Source of the DNA: an uncultured Methanosarcinaceae archaeon
Lineage (GTDB): Archaea; Halobacteriota; Methanosarcinia; Methanosarcinales; Methanosarcinaceae
Assembly: GCA_963847185.1 (NCBI GenBank)
Contig: CAWJYV010000007.1
Coordinates: 448,001-512,000, forward strand
DNA: 64,000 nucleotides
Direction of reading: 5' to 3'
Part shown: one piece after another, positions 10,380 to 21,626 of the stretch
How positions within the stretch are numbered: the first letter of the stretch is position 1
Layout of the letters: every line of letters starts with the position of its first letter
The notes under the pieces: model-generated
Databases searched by the model: none
The model's input: only the letters and a program-made list of their open reading frames with translations
Told to the model about the DNA's origin: nothing
Translations under genes and position numbers: made by a program

Positions 10380-10745
10380 TACAACAAAAAGTAGGGAATA
10401 AATACAAGCAAATGTATTAATTACTTTAAATAGTGACCTTTTCATTGTCTGATTAAATGTGCCGAGTATTTGTAATACTCTTTGCGCTCAAGTATTTTTA
10501 TATATCCAAATTGAAAGAACGCTCTGTTTTTTGACGATGCGTACAATCCAGCTTTTCTTCTTCTCATTATCAAACCGGAGACAACTTTTGTCCAAGCTGT
10601 CTTTTTAGCTGTATTTCAAGGGTGGTAAATGTAAATTATAGGGACTGTAAGTTACGTAATTTGGAAAAAATACAGCAGTTTAAATATAATCTAAAAAATT
10701 CAAAGTTGTATAAAGTTTATTCCCTGAGGAGAATTTCTCTCCTTC

Positions 10746-12209
10746 TCAGGCTTTGTGCTTTACCTTTACCAGGAAACTAGAGACTATTTTCTGGAATGCT
10801 GGATCTTCACGAAGGATTATACCGTAGTAAACAGGTGTTAGAATTCCTACTGCTAAAAGAATTACATAAAAGTTTACAGATAGCATATCCAGTATAATTA
10901 AAGGAACACAAACAGCAAGTCCGATTACAATGTACTTAATCAGAATTTTTAAGCTCTTCATTTTATCAATCCCTGCAAGGTTCAGCAGATATGCATTATT
11001 CCAGAGCCAGAAGAGAACTCCTGTAAAGCTAAAAAGGCTGAGGGTAAACTCCGGGCTTTCTCCATAAGTTCCGCCTATTACCAGTGCTGCGACTCTTGAG
11101 ATTAGTAATATTATACTGAAGGTAAGCCATACTCCTTGTTTATCGAATACACTGTAGAGAGTTGAAATAGGAGAGGACAGATATACAAGGAATATCCATG
11201 GTATAAGGATCCTTACATAAGTACCTGCTACGGCCCAGCTTTTTCCAAAGGCAAACGTAAATATTTCTTCTCCCAGGAGCAGGAGGAGAAGCATTGGAAA
11301 TATTCCCGTTGAAATTAATTTTTTATATACTTCTTCAACTATAACTTTCATATCTCCCTTTTCGGTCCCATTTTTTACCAGGCTGATTTTCTGGAAAAAT
11401 ACCTGTCCTATGGCGGCACCTACAAGCCCCATGGGCATATTTACTACCTGATTGGCAAGTCCAAAATGTCCTACAACACTTGTCCCGTAAAAATAAGTAA
11501 GCAAAAAAGTAGGAACTTGTGGTGAAATAGTGTTTGCTAGCGTAGACCAGGAACTGAATAACGGGAAATTTTTATACCTGACAGCTACTTCCTTCATTTT
11601 CTTTATTGATACTTTTTTGAAAACTTCTGCATCTTTTCCCACTCCCTTGAGCATAACAAGGTCTGCAATCCCATATCCAGCAGTGTATCCAACTATCAGA
11701 CCAAAGGGAGATATACTCCATATGGGGATAAGCAACTGGAATATTTTGGTTGAAAGAGTGTTTGAGATTCTCGATCCTGCTATGACTCCATAACGAACTC
11801 TTCTTGAAAGCCAGTAATTCTGCACGAAAAACAAACCGTTAAGAAAAATTACTGGTGCAAGATAAACTAGGTATTTCAAAAGGCCCTCAGCCTTAAGAAT
11901 ATGCTCTACATCTTGAGGAATGAATGGCACTATTATGGCTGTAAGTACAGATACAAAAGTCAGCAATATCAAGCTTAGGAAAGCAACATTTGCAGAGTCT
12001 TCTTCTGTTTTTGGCAACATTATGGCGAACTGATAGGAAAAAGTAGAGAATATTACCAGTATGCCTGATACCGCGAGAAAAATTTGAAATACTCCGAAAT
12101 CGTCTGGACTATAGATTCTGGTTATTAGAGGTACAAGAAGTATGCTCAAAATCTGTGAAGTAACACTTCCGGATACGAGTTTTAATACATTGGAAATAAA
12201 GTTTGACAT
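10746..12209 (-). CDS. oligosaccharide flippase (Wzx/MOP family)
   Basis: Polytopic membrane protein; LITRIYSPDDFG, RYKNFP, LLTYFYGTSVVGHFGLA motifs. Confidence 0.9.
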   Translation of the reverse strand: MSNFISNVLKLVSGSVTSQILSILLVPLITRIYSPDDFGVFQIFLAVSGILVIFSTFSYQFAIMLPKTEEDSANVAFLSLILLTFVSVLTAIIVPFIPQDVEHILKAEGLLKYLVYLAPVIFLNGLFFVQNYWLSRRVRYGVIAGSRISNTLSTKIFQLLIPIWSISPFGLIVGYTAGYGIADLVMLKGVGKDAEVFKKVSIKKMKEVAVRYKNFPLFSSWSTLANTISPQVPTFLLTYFYGTSVVGHFGLANQVVNMPMGLVGAAIGQVFFQKISLVKNGTEKGDMKVIVEEVYKKLISTGIFPMLLLLLLGEEIFTFAFGKSWAVAGTYVRILIPWIFLVYLSSPISTLYSVFDKQGVWLTFSIILLISRVAALVIGGTYGESPEFTLSLFSFTGVLFWLWNNAYLLNLAGIDKMKSLKILIKYIVIGLAVCVPLIILDMLSVNFYVILLAVGILTPVYYGIILREDPAFQKIVSSFLVKVKHKA

Positions 12210-12267
12210 ATTGCTTCCAACTTTGAAATATAAATCCTGATGTAGGGGGCGTTTTTCACCCGGATCT

Positions 12268-14205
12268 TTATTTTGTAATGACGTTTCTTTCTTTTAAGTA
12301 GGCAGTTACTTCTTTGTTATCATACACCTGTGAGTATTCAGAAGTTTCAAATTTCTTGAAAAAGTCTTCTGGTAAGGGCTGGATAAAATTCACTCCATAA
12401 CGTTCAGGGTCGTTAATAGAGACAGGCTCCTTAAGAGTTGTTTTTCTCAATAATATCATCGGGTCTCTATCTATCTCTCCTGTCTGTATATGCTGATTAT
12501 TAAAATATGTTGCGTTACTATAGTCGTATCCTGGGTTACAGTAAAAAAGGCAACTGTCGTAAGGGGAGTCCAGCAGAAGGTCTCCAGTGTACTTTCCAGA
12601 TATTGTTTTGATAGCCTGAATTTCAATGTCTTTAAACTGGTTTCTTACGGTTGTATCCTTTGCCACAAGAGGATTGTCTTTATTGATTCCTGGCGTTGTA
12701 ACCATAACAAAAGAGAACAAGAGGACTATTATAAAGATTGCAGGAATCTTTAATTTTTTCGAGCCAAAAAGGCTTACCAGCTTCAATATATATGAGGCTG
12801 CCACAAGCACAAGAAACACTGCTATCAAAGGGAACCATCTGCTTGTCAGGAAATTCCTCATTCCAAGTAAAGGAATCCCGTAAGCAAGACTATACAATAT
12901 GGCAACTATTAAAGCAACTGAGAATTTGTCGAGTTTTTTGGCATCCTCACGGGAACACCATGCTAATACTCCTCCTATCGCAAAAAAAGGTAGAGCAAGG
13001 TAGCTGATGTGAAGTAAGAGTACCTCCAGTGAATTCTGGTTTGTTGCGGTACCAGTAATCAGTTCATTTGCTGAATAGCTTGTCCCTGAGGTAAGTACTT
13101 CCATTAGAGGCAAAAAAATCATTTCAAAAAAAGAAGTATCTGTGGTGACATATGTAGACATCCAGTATGTCTGCAGAGTAACTACAAAAAAGAGAATATA
13201 ATTAAAGCCATTTGTTCCAAAAGGAGAATCTTTGTACAGATTTTTGTGCAGGTATTTGCCCAGATAAATTGTAACTACGGCAAGAAGTACTACGAATGTA
13301 GTCAACTGATGGGTTAAAACCATCAAAATAGTGATTAACAGAATGAGACCTGTGTATTTCAATTCCTGCTTTTCGCTGAATATTGCATATGTAATAAATA
13401 TGAAATAACAGAGAACCAGGGAGCCTGGGGTTATATTTGCAATGCCTGTAACGATATTATGGTTGTTCAAGTTTAGAAGTAGGGCTGCAAGCAGACCCAT
13501 CTGGGGGCCTTCAATTTTCTTTCCTATCAGATAAATGGCCGCTGTAATGAAAACACTGGCAAATCCTATGGAATAAAACACTGCATCTTTTACATCTACC
13601 TTGCCCATTAACTGAGTAACTGAAATAAAAATATGGGCAAGTGGGTAATAGAAATACTTGCTACTTATCTGAAGAGGGGCAACAAATCCCGTGTCAGAGA
13701 TTATCCTTGCCATGTTTACATGAAAATAAGCATCATAACCCATGAGGCTCGGGAAATTGTAAAAAATTCCGGCCCGTATAAGAATAGAAAGCAGAAATAT
13801 TTGGAGTAATATAGAGCTTACCCTGTCTCCTTCTCTAACATAAAGGATCTGGGAGGCAACGATGCCTGCCAGGACGCATATCAGTATAAAGTAAGATATG
13901 GGCCTGTAATACAGGTTCATACTGTATATGAATATGCATGTCAGGAAGATGAGATAAAATGAAATACTCAGAATAGTTTTTAGTTTACTTGTTTCTGAAG
14001 ATATGGGGGCTTCACTTTTAAATTTCTTTCTGAAAATGATATATATTAAACAGGCAGATAGTATGGTAACTCCAATGTCCTGCTGGTTTAAATTAAATAG
14101 GTAGTACAAAGAAATAATCGATACCCCTATATTGAATCCCATAACGCCGAGAATTACATCTAAGTTTTTTGTAAATTTCTCTGCATATCTTCTTATAAAT
14201 TCCAT
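12268..14205 (-). CDS. polytopic membrane protein, DUF2206-like / GT-C glycosyltransferase-like
   Basis: Many TM segments; GYDAYFH..IISDTG, YYPLAH, LTHQLT, SRW motifs; lies within the glycosylation cluster. Confidence 0.7.
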   Translation of the reverse strand: MEFIRRYAEKFTKNLDVILGVMGFNIGVSIISLYYLFNLNQQDIGVTILSACLIYIIFRKKFKSEAPISSETSKLKTILSISFYLIFLTCIFIYSMNLYYRPISYFILICVLAGIVASQILYVREGDRVSSILLQIFLLSILIRAGIFYNFPSLMGYDAYFHVNMARIISDTGFVAPLQISSKYFYYPLAHIFISVTQLMGKVDVKDAVFYSIGFASVFITAAIYLIGKKIEGPQMGLLAALLLNLNNHNIVTGIANITPGSLVLCYFIFITYAIFSEKQELKYTGLILLITILMVLTHQLTTFVVLLAVVTIYLGKYLHKNLYKDSPFGTNGFNYILFFVVTLQTYWMSTYVTTDTSFFEMIFLPLMEVLTSGTSYSANELITGTATNQNSLEVLLLHISYLALPFFAIGGVLAWCSREDAKKLDKFSVALIVAILYSLAYGIPLLGMRNFLTSRWFPLIAVFLVLVAASYILKLVSLFGSKKLKIPAIFIIVLLFSFVMVTTPGINKDNPLVAKDTTVRNQFKDIEIQAIKTISGKYTGDLLLDSPYDSCLFYCNPGYDYSNATYFNNQHIQTGEIDRDPMILLRKTTLKEPVSINDPERYGVNFIQPLPEDFFKKFETSEYSQVYDNKEVTAYLKERNVITK

Positions 14206-15734
14206 ACAACCCCACAATATGATAATTTTTTATAATTAAATCCTTCCGTAGTAAAATATTTTTTGTTTGTTTTGGATCAATATGTGAATTTTACTTCTTC
14301 TTATTCTTCTATCTTCAAGCTTCAGATTATTCCTCGATCTCTTTAATATTATTTATTCTGTAGTGGGTCCGAGTTCGATATCCTCTAAAATTTTTATTAA
14401 TATTGCAGAATTTTTGTAAATTTAAGATAATTTCCGCATTACGTGTTAATGCTAGAGAGGTAAAGATGTTCTTCATATCTCTTTAAGGAGGAGCAGTTTT
14501 GTAAGCTTCACATTCTACTTTAATTAAGTACTTCTTATTAAGAAATCAGACTTATTTTGTTTCTTGGTAAAAAGCTCAATACCCTATGCTCAAAAATATT
14601 TCTTGATTATTCGGGTAACAATAATTTCCAAGATTTATTTGAAAGTAAAGGTTTTACTCTTCCTTTTTTGTAAGCAATCTCCACAGTTCTTGACATATAT
14701 TAATTTTTTATTCTCTTTTTACCTTTCATTTTGCTTTTTGAATCTCTCACTTCATTAAATATTTAATTATTTTTTGAATATTTATCCCTTTCTGCATGTA
14801 TGGATTAATAGATTATTTGTATCAATCCTGATAAAATAGCGCAACTAGAAGCAATTTCTAAACTAAAACAAATTTATATTCACGTTAGATCTCTGGAGAA
14901 GTTTCTTCAGGTAATAAACTTCGAGGTTCTATAACTACCTCTGATTATGGAGAACTATAACTGTTGGACCCTTTCCCCTTTACGAGTTAATCCCTTTGAT
15001 TTTTTTCTCTTATATTGTTCCCCTTAAATGAATAAATATTATTAGAATATAACTTTTAGCTTTATCTTAATATTTCTCCTTATTCTCTTAGTTCCTCATT
15101 TCTTTAATTCATCCACATCCTTATTTTAGTGGGTTGAGATTCATCAGTAATGTTGGAGGATAAGACTTACAATTGACATTTTTGATATTTTTGGCTTCCA
15201 AGACCAGAAGTATCAACTAATTTATACTCCTGCGAATTAAATCATTTGAAATTTCATCTTTAGATTACTCTTTGGTAGACAATTGACTCTGAATGGTGAG
15301 CTTTAACTGCTTTTTAATTTTTTTCATCAAATAATCGGTGTCCACTTTAATAGCTAATGATTTGTCTAATCAGATTAAGATCCCCTCAATTACACCTAAG
15401 CTGTATATGCATAGGTATATCTAACTCCCAAATTGCAAAGCTATATATTTATAATTTAAAAACACGAAAAATATCAATTTATTGTACTACAACTTCACGA
15501 TAATCATATTATAAGCTTAATTAGTAAACTGAATTTTCGCTACTGTGCAGATAATCCCTAATTGGCCAATAACTTATGCTATATCTTCGATAGTATCTTT
15601 AAACAGTTATCAAAGTCATGTGTTAACTTTATATATTTCTTAGTCTAATAATTTTTTGTATGATAGCCTTTAATATTTTTGCATTTATACACATAAAGGG
15701 GGTTATAGCATATGCAGATGTATAAGGGGGTGGA

Positions 15735-17336
15735 TTGGGTTTGTTTTCAACCCTTACGCTTGGTCTTAATTCTCTGATTTCCGATCCTGTTAGTATAGTG
15801 TCTTCTCCATCTCAACTTACCGATAGATTACTCAGGCATGAATTTACAGTTTTAATTCCAGCTCAGAATGAAGAAGCTTCTATCGGAAGCAAAGTTTTAT
15901 TGGCGGCAAGTTACGCTGATCGTGTGCTCGTTCTTGATCAGGGCTCTACTGATCGAACTATGGAAGTGGCAGCTCTCGGAGGAGCGCGAGTTGTTCCTCT
16001 GACAGGTGGAGAAGAATCCTTGCTCAAGGTTTTCTACAGAGCATCCCTTGATTCGGAAATAGTCGTTCTCATCTATCCGGAGTGTATGCAGGATATAGAT
16101 CTACTTTCTCATGTTCTTGAACCTTTGAGGCAGGGTTTCGATCTGTCTGTAGGTTCCTGGCCCTGTCGCGTCTCTTCTGAGCAAGAAACAGTAATGCTTC
16201 TGAATGGGAAAACTACCTTTAAGGAAAAAATAGGGTTCCTTGCCGTAACAGCAGATTCAATGCATAAAATAAATTCGGGCAATGAATATCCATCCTTGAA
16301 ATCCTTACTCTCTGCGGCAAAGACAGAAAAGCTCAAAGTCAACTACCTGAGCTTTGATGTGGATCCTGTATTCCGGAAGCTTGAGAGTACACGTATAGGA
16401 GTTGTCGTACCTGCTTATAATGAAGAATTACTTATAGGGGAGACTCTCAGAGGAATTCCTGAATACGTTGATCGAATCTATATCGTTGATGACGGTAGTA
16501 TCGATCGCACAGGTGAGATCGTAAAGAAGTTCGGAGATCCGAGAATCGTATATTTGTGCCATGAAGTTAACAAAGGTGTAGGTGCGTCAATAATTGATGG
16601 GTACAAGCTTGCCCTGAAAGATGAAATGGATGTAGTTGCTGTTATGGCTGGGGACAACCAGATGGATCCCGTCCAGCTTCCAAGGTTAATTTTCCCGATA
16701 ATTGAGGGAAGAGCTGATTATACAAAGGGTAACAGATTACTTACCAGCGATTTTATGACTGGAATGAGCACGTGGAGATCATTTGGAAATCTTCTTCTTA
16801 GTTTTATCACAAAAATAGGTAGTGGATACTGGCAGGTTATGGATCCGCAAAACGGATACACAGCCATCTCCAAGCAGGCCCTTGAGGTTATTGATCTGGA
16901 TTCGGTCTATCCTTATTATGGCTATTGTAACGATCTTTTGATCAAGCTTAATGCGTTTGGGATGAGAGTAATGGATGTGGTTATGCCCGCCCGTTACGGT
17001 GCAGAAAAATCGAAGATTCGATATGGAAAGTTTATTCGCAAAGTAGGTCCTATGATTTTCAGAGGTTTTCTCTGGAGGCTAAGGGTAAAATATACTGTGC
17101 TGGACTTTCACCCTCTGGTCTTGTTCTACTTCCTTGGAATGCTTTCTTTACCTGTAGGTATCCTGTTAGGATTATGGGGTCTTTTGCAGATGCTATTACA
17201 AAATCCCCTTCCTCCTTATTATCCCCTGCTGGGCTTCCTTGTACTGGGTGCGGGACTCCAAATGCTTCTTTTCGGAATGCTCTTCGATATGCAGGTTGAA
17301 AAGAAAAGAAATGAAAGAATAGGACTTGCTCGTTAA
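15735..17336 (+). CDS. family 2 glycosyltransferase with two GT2 domains (N-terminal one degenerate) and C-terminal TM helices
   Basis: VVVPAYNEE..VDDGSIDRT..NKGVG..MAGDNQMDP..KGNR..DPQNGY; an earlier VLIPAQNEE..LDQGSTDRT domain. Confidence 0.9.
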   Translation: MGLFSTLTLGLNSLISDPVSIVSSPSQLTDRLLRHEFTVLIPAQNEEASIGSKVLLAASYADRVLVLDQGSTDRTMEVAALGGARVVPLTGGEESLLKVFYRASLDSEIVVLIYPECMQDIDLLSHVLEPLRQGFDLSVGSWPCRVSSEQETVMLLNGKTTFKEKIGFLAVTADSMHKINSGNEYPSLKSLLSAAKTEKLKVNYLSFDVDPVFRKLESTRIGVVVPAYNEELLIGETLRGIPEYVDRIYIVDDGSIDRTGEIVKKFGDPRIVYLCHEVNKGVGASIIDGYKLALKDEMDVVAVMAGDNQMDPVQLPRLIFPIIEGRADYTKGNRLLTSDFMTGMSTWRSFGNLLLSFITKIGSGYWQVMDPQNGYTAISKQALEVIDLDSVYPYYGYCNDLLIKLNAFGMRVMDVVMPARYGAEKSKIRYGKFIRKVGPMIFRGFLWRLRVKYTVLDFHPLVLFYFLGMLSLPVGILLGLWGLLQMLLQNPLPPYYPLLGFLVLGAGLQMLLFGMLFDMQVEKKRNERIGLAR

Positions 17337-17337
17337 A

Positions 17338-17366
17338 ATCCGGAAATCCACTTTCCGGATCTTTTT
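17338..17366 (+). terminator. hairpin plus T-tract after the GT2 gene
   Basis: atccggaaa-tccac-tttccggat followed by cttttt. Confidence 0.55.
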
Positions 17367-17815
17367 ATCTCACTCCGCTGTTCTTTATTTCGAAAGTCTT
17401 ACTTGATAAAAGTTCTTTTTGTTCAAACTTTTTCAATGAATAACCTTAAAAATAGTCACTGCTCTGACCTTTTAGGTTATAGAGAAAAGATTTTGCGGGA
17501 TCAATCGTTTTGATATAATTTAAAATATTTTTATGCTCGATTTTTAAAATATTTTTATTAAGTTTGGGTATTAGGAGGTCTGGATAAACTCAATTCCGAA
17601 AGAGTCATAAAAAGTTGAAGTGTACCTTAATTTTCTATTCCAGCGCGGGAAAAAAGTATTAAGCAACAGCAAAGCAACAGAAGGCATGAGAATTTTCTCT
17701 TTTTCATAGACTAAACATATTGAAGGAAAAAATTATTGATATCAGGTATACTCTATGGTGAGTTTAGGTCTATAATTTTTGTTTTGCCCATCGGAACTAT
17801 AGAATGCAATATAGT

Positions 17816-17933
17816 TAGGACTTACGCACTTGAGGTTCAAAATAAAGATCAATAGACATCACTAATAAATCGATGCTTTAGACAGTTGAAGGTTTGATGC
17901 TGTTGATTATTCAGTTCAACCGCGTAAGTCCTA
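17816..17933. mobile_element. MITE (118 bp) with TAGGACTTACGC terminal inverted repeats
   Basis: taggacttacgc(ac)ttga at the left end and tcaa(cc)gcgtaagtccta at the right end; no ORF; the terminal TA could be the target duplication. Confidence 0.85.
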
Positions 17934-18322
17934 TTTGATTTATTTGTGAGCAGCCTATCTTTCTCGAAATATTAGATAGAGCGTTTAGAAAAACAGTTAT
18001 ATATGATCTTCAGAGGTAATTTCTGGAATTTTGTAAGGAGAATATCTGCTCAGGTTATTTGCCTGACAATATCATATTTATATCTATCCCTTCTGGTTTA
18101 ACCTATTATTTGATTAACAGTGTTAAAGGGAATATAACTTCGCAATCATTTTTTTCTAATTTTATTTTTACTGTCATATGCCAAAATTTTTTATACTCTT
18201 ATGATGTTTCACTAAATAAGAAGGCTTTTTGGGCCATTGGGATTTTACATTACTAATATAACTCTCAATATTATTTCCGATTAATATTGTTTTATAGGTG
18301 TGCATGATTGCACGGGGGTCCT

Positions 18323-19219
18323 ATGAAGGGAACTTTTTCGGTTACAGTCGATCTTGAAGATTGGTATCATATTCCATCTGTATGCAGTTCTCCTTATGCT
18401 GTTTACAGGAATGTAAATGAGTTCTTTGAAAAATGGAAAGGCAAATATGACTATCTAACTGAGCCTACAAATAGGGTACTGGATATACTCGATGAATTTA
18501 ATGTAACTGCTACGTTCTTTGTGGTTGCGGACATTATAGAACATTATCCCGGACTGATAGAGTCGGTTGTAGAAAGAGGGCATGAGCTTGCTTGTCATGG
18601 GCTGCACCATGCCTGTAAAATAGATCCTGATACTAAAAAACCTTTAATGAATATCGGGGAATTTGAGCAGAGGACACTACTTGCAAAGAAGATGCTGGAA
18701 AAAATTAGCGGTGAAAAAATAGTCGGATACAGAGCACCAAATGCCCTTATAGGCGGTTGGATGCTTGATTCTCTCGAAAATATGGGGTTCAAATATGACT
18801 CCTCGGTATCCGTAAATTCTCTCTATAATAAAACGGATTCGGCTTTAAAAACAGTCTCCTCAATCCCTTACTATCCTCTCGAAGGAGAGCTCGAAACTGG
18901 TGATGACCGAAATTTTATTGAATTTCCCTGGGCCTATTATCAAAATGTCCTGAAAATTCCAGCATGTGGAGGTCCTGTCCTTCGCTTTTTTGGGGCTCCA
19001 CTCGTGTTAAATGGACTTGTCCAGAGCTTAAAAAGAGGACATACCATCTTCTATTTCCACTCACTGGATATTTCCTGTTCCAGGTTCCCTTCTGTGGGGA
19101 ATGGAAGGCCTTTTTACTGGTGTATAAAAGGAAAGCTAGTTGAACAGAGAATTCGTTATATCCTGAGCAAATTAAACGAAGTTGACAAGATATGCTTGCG
19201 AGAGTATCCCGAAATATAA
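18323..19219 (+). CDS. polysaccharide deacetylase family protein (CE4, DUF3473-type)
   Basis: TVDLEDWYH, ATFFVV, GHELACHGLHH, GYRAPNA, FKYDSS, FYFH motifs. Confidence 0.9.
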   Translation: MKGTFSVTVDLEDWYHIPSVCSSPYAVYRNVNEFFEKWKGKYDYLTEPTNRVLDILDEFNVTATFFVVADIIEHYPGLIESVVERGHELACHGLHHACKIDPDTKKPLMNIGEFEQRTLLAKKMLEKISGEKIVGYRAPNALIGGWMLDSLENMGFKYDSSVSVNSLYNKTDSALKTVSSIPYYPLEGELETGDDRNFIEFPWAYYQNVLKIPACGGPVLRFFGAPLVLNGLVQSLKRGHTIFYFHSLDISCSRFPSVGNGRPFYWCIKGKLVEQRIRYILSKLNEVDKICLREYPEI

Positions 19220-19893
19220 TATATTTATTTCTAGTATTGTTTTCTGTTTTGCTATCAGAAACAATTTCCAAATCATATATCTCTCAGGAAACCATTATTT
19301 ACCCCTGAAAGTATCTTTAGTTAGTTGTTGAATATATTCATTCTTATATTACTCCATTGATTAAACTGTCGCATCCACTTCCTATGAAAATTCATGATTA
19401 TACTCTCAGTTTAAATCTATACTCAGTAGGTTGAATTACCTATTCTGAGTACTTTACCTGGACTTTGAATGGTTATCAGGAGTTCTGTCTTAAGTTTTGT
19501 GAAAAACAATTGACTGATTTTGTATATCTCAGAAAATCTGTTCATAAAGAGCTTGATTTCAGATCTCGCCATAAATTTCTCGAAAAATAGTGAATTATCT
19601 AAGTAAAGGATTAATACCCGAAAGCCTTTAATTCTTGAAAATTTTTAATCCATCGAAACATTAATTATATTGAGGCAGGTATATCAACCTGCGCTCCAGG
19701 CACAACTATTAACTATTTGTTGGGCCGATTGGATAGGTAAAAATAAAAAGGAGAATGTAACAAAAAGCTATATGCGAAAGTTTTTGAGCCTGTTAATTGC
19801 CTTCTCAAGCAATACTCTAAAAGAATTAAAATGTTTTTCAGGGTCGGCTTCATACCCGGGTGCAGAAACTGGACTTTGTAACTTTCGGAAAGG

Positions 19894-21609
19894 ATGGGGG
19901 ACACATTGTCTAAAATTACTAATAATATATTAAATCTTGTAACTTCGATTTCTCTGCTTTTACTGGTTTATAACCTATTTGTTCTCAGGGGAATCCAGCC
20001 TGAGGGGTATATAGTTAATATCTATGAGCAGCTTCCTTTCCACTTCTTCCTGACTTTGCTCTTTTGTTTTCTCTCTGCCTGTATCATGCTTCTTGCATAC
20101 AGAAAGATGAGCGCAGTTCTCATTCTTTTTCTAGTCCATGTTACATTGCTGATTACTCCTCATATGCTTGGTTATGTTTCGGTAGGCAGAGGATCGGAGC
20201 TCTCATATATGGGACTTGTAGGAGAGAGTGGGCTTTTTAGTCTTACCAATGCATCTCCTACCGGTCCCTTATTCGTCTCAGCCCTGGCTCTGGTTTCAGG
20301 GCTGGAGTCATGGACACTTTCATATTTTTTACCCCTCTTTTTTTCAATTTTATTTATCAGCGGAATGTTCCTGTTCTATCGGGCCTTTATGAGCAGGGAA
20401 AAACTGGTTTTAGTAACGTTTTTGTCTTCGCTTATTCCTTATTTTGGACATTTTCAGGTTTCAACGTTTCCATATTACCTATGTTTTTGCCTTGTGCCTC
20501 TCTATCTTTTCGTATTGAGAAATGCACTTGCAGCTAAAAACAGGGGAATGGCTATCTGTCTTCTATTTATGTTACCTTTGATCCCATTATCTTATCCCTT
20601 CATTTTTGCATACCTGGTTTGCTTTTCCCTCTCCCTTGCTATTTCAGGCACAATGCTAAAGAAGGGACTTCTTCGTAAAATTTTAAGCTCCAACCTTCTT
20701 CCCTTTGGTTCTTCCAATTCTACGGGAAAAAAGGTTCCTGTATTTATCTTTCTGTCCTTTACATTTGCAGGCCTCCTGCTCTATTCAAAATATGCGCTTA
20801 ATATCTTCGAAGTCTCCCCCTCAAATCTTGCCTGGCGCTCTGAGATATTAATGAAGGCAGGTTTTTCCTTAATACCGGAAACAAAGGAAAGTTTTTTTGA
20901 ATTAGTGAATCTTTTCAATCTTTATTATGGCAAGTACTACATCCCTTTAATTTTTATCGTAATTAATTCCATCATTGTATGGCAGAATCGTAAAAGGTTT
21001 TGTCAGCATTTTGTCCACAGGTATCCTCGCTTTCTAATCCTTTATATCTCCACTTTTTTCCTGGAGCTTGCCTTCCTTTTAAATCCCTTTGTTCCTTATC
21101 CTCCGGATAGGTTTGTAAACTTGAGTTTTATCATTTTTGCCCAGATACCTTTGCTGGGTTACTCTCTGTATGTTATTTTCCTCAGAAAAGGATATATCCT
21201 TGGCCTTGGCTCGGCGGTCCTTGTTCTTTGCCTTCTCTGGACACTGGGATTCTTCACATGTTTCAGTTCTCCGTATGCCGGCGGAATTTCTGAAGCGGTT
21301 TCACAAAACGAGGTCAATGGAGTTAAATGGTTATTAAAGGTAAATGATAACTCTCCATATATCATGTCATCCGAAGGAAAAGAGCTAAGTGACCTTCCAG
21401 AGAAATTTAGTGGAAATCACAGCATTTTCGAAAAGCCAGTTGAAAACAAACCTTCCTACATAGTAGTTACTACTTTTTCAGAAGCTTTGAACCTGAGTGA
21501 AAGGAAATATAAGGGAATTCCGGATCTTTCAGAAAATAGTCCCCGAAATTATCCCGTATACAAGATTTATGACTCTCTCAACATAGAGATTTATGAATAT
21601 AACCCGTAA
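19894..21609 (+). CDS. polytopic membrane protein, divergent DUF2206/GT-C-like
   Basis: Long hydrophobic ORF with architecture similar to 12268..14205; C-terminal KIYD motif. Confidence 0.65.
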   Translation: MGDTLSKITNNILNLVTSISLLLLVYNLFVLRGIQPEGYIVNIYEQLPFHFFLTLLFCFLSACIMLLAYRKMSAVLILFLVHVTLLITPHMLGYVSVGRGSELSYMGLVGESGLFSLTNASPTGPLFVSALALVSGLESWTLSYFLPLFFSILFISGMFLFYRAFMSREKLVLVTFLSSLIPYFGHFQVSTFPYYLCFCLVPLYLFVLRNALAAKNRGMAICLLFMLPLIPLSYPFIFAYLVCFSLSLAISGTMLKKGLLRKILSSNLLPFGSSNSTGKKVPVFIFLSFTFAGLLLYSKYALNIFEVSPSNLAWRSEILMKAGFSLIPETKESFFELVNLFNLYYGKYYIPLIFIVINSIIVWQNRKRFCQHFVHRYPRFLILYISTFFLELAFLLNPFVPYPPDRFVNLSFIIFAQIPLLGYSLYVIFLRKGYILGLGSAVLVLCLLWTLGFFTCFSSPYAGGISEAVSQNEVNGVKWLLKVNDNSPYIMSSEGKELSDLPEKFSGNHSIFEKPVENKPSYIVVTTFSEALNLSERKYKGIPDLSENSPRNYPVYKIYDSLNIEIYEYNP

Positions 21610-21626
21610 ATTATTTTTTTCCTCTT

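Noticed and set aside
10430-10620. Broken minus-strand frame (LRFDNEKKKSWIVRIVKK..AQRVLQILG) resembling a transposase tail
   Set aside because: No catalytic motif or terminal repeats found; too weak without a search
19670-19933. 87-aa ORF ending GAETGLCNFRKGWG, reminiscent of a FemAB/GNAT C-terminus
   Set aside because: Only a short motif resemblance; it overlaps the next gene's start and no other GNAT features are visible
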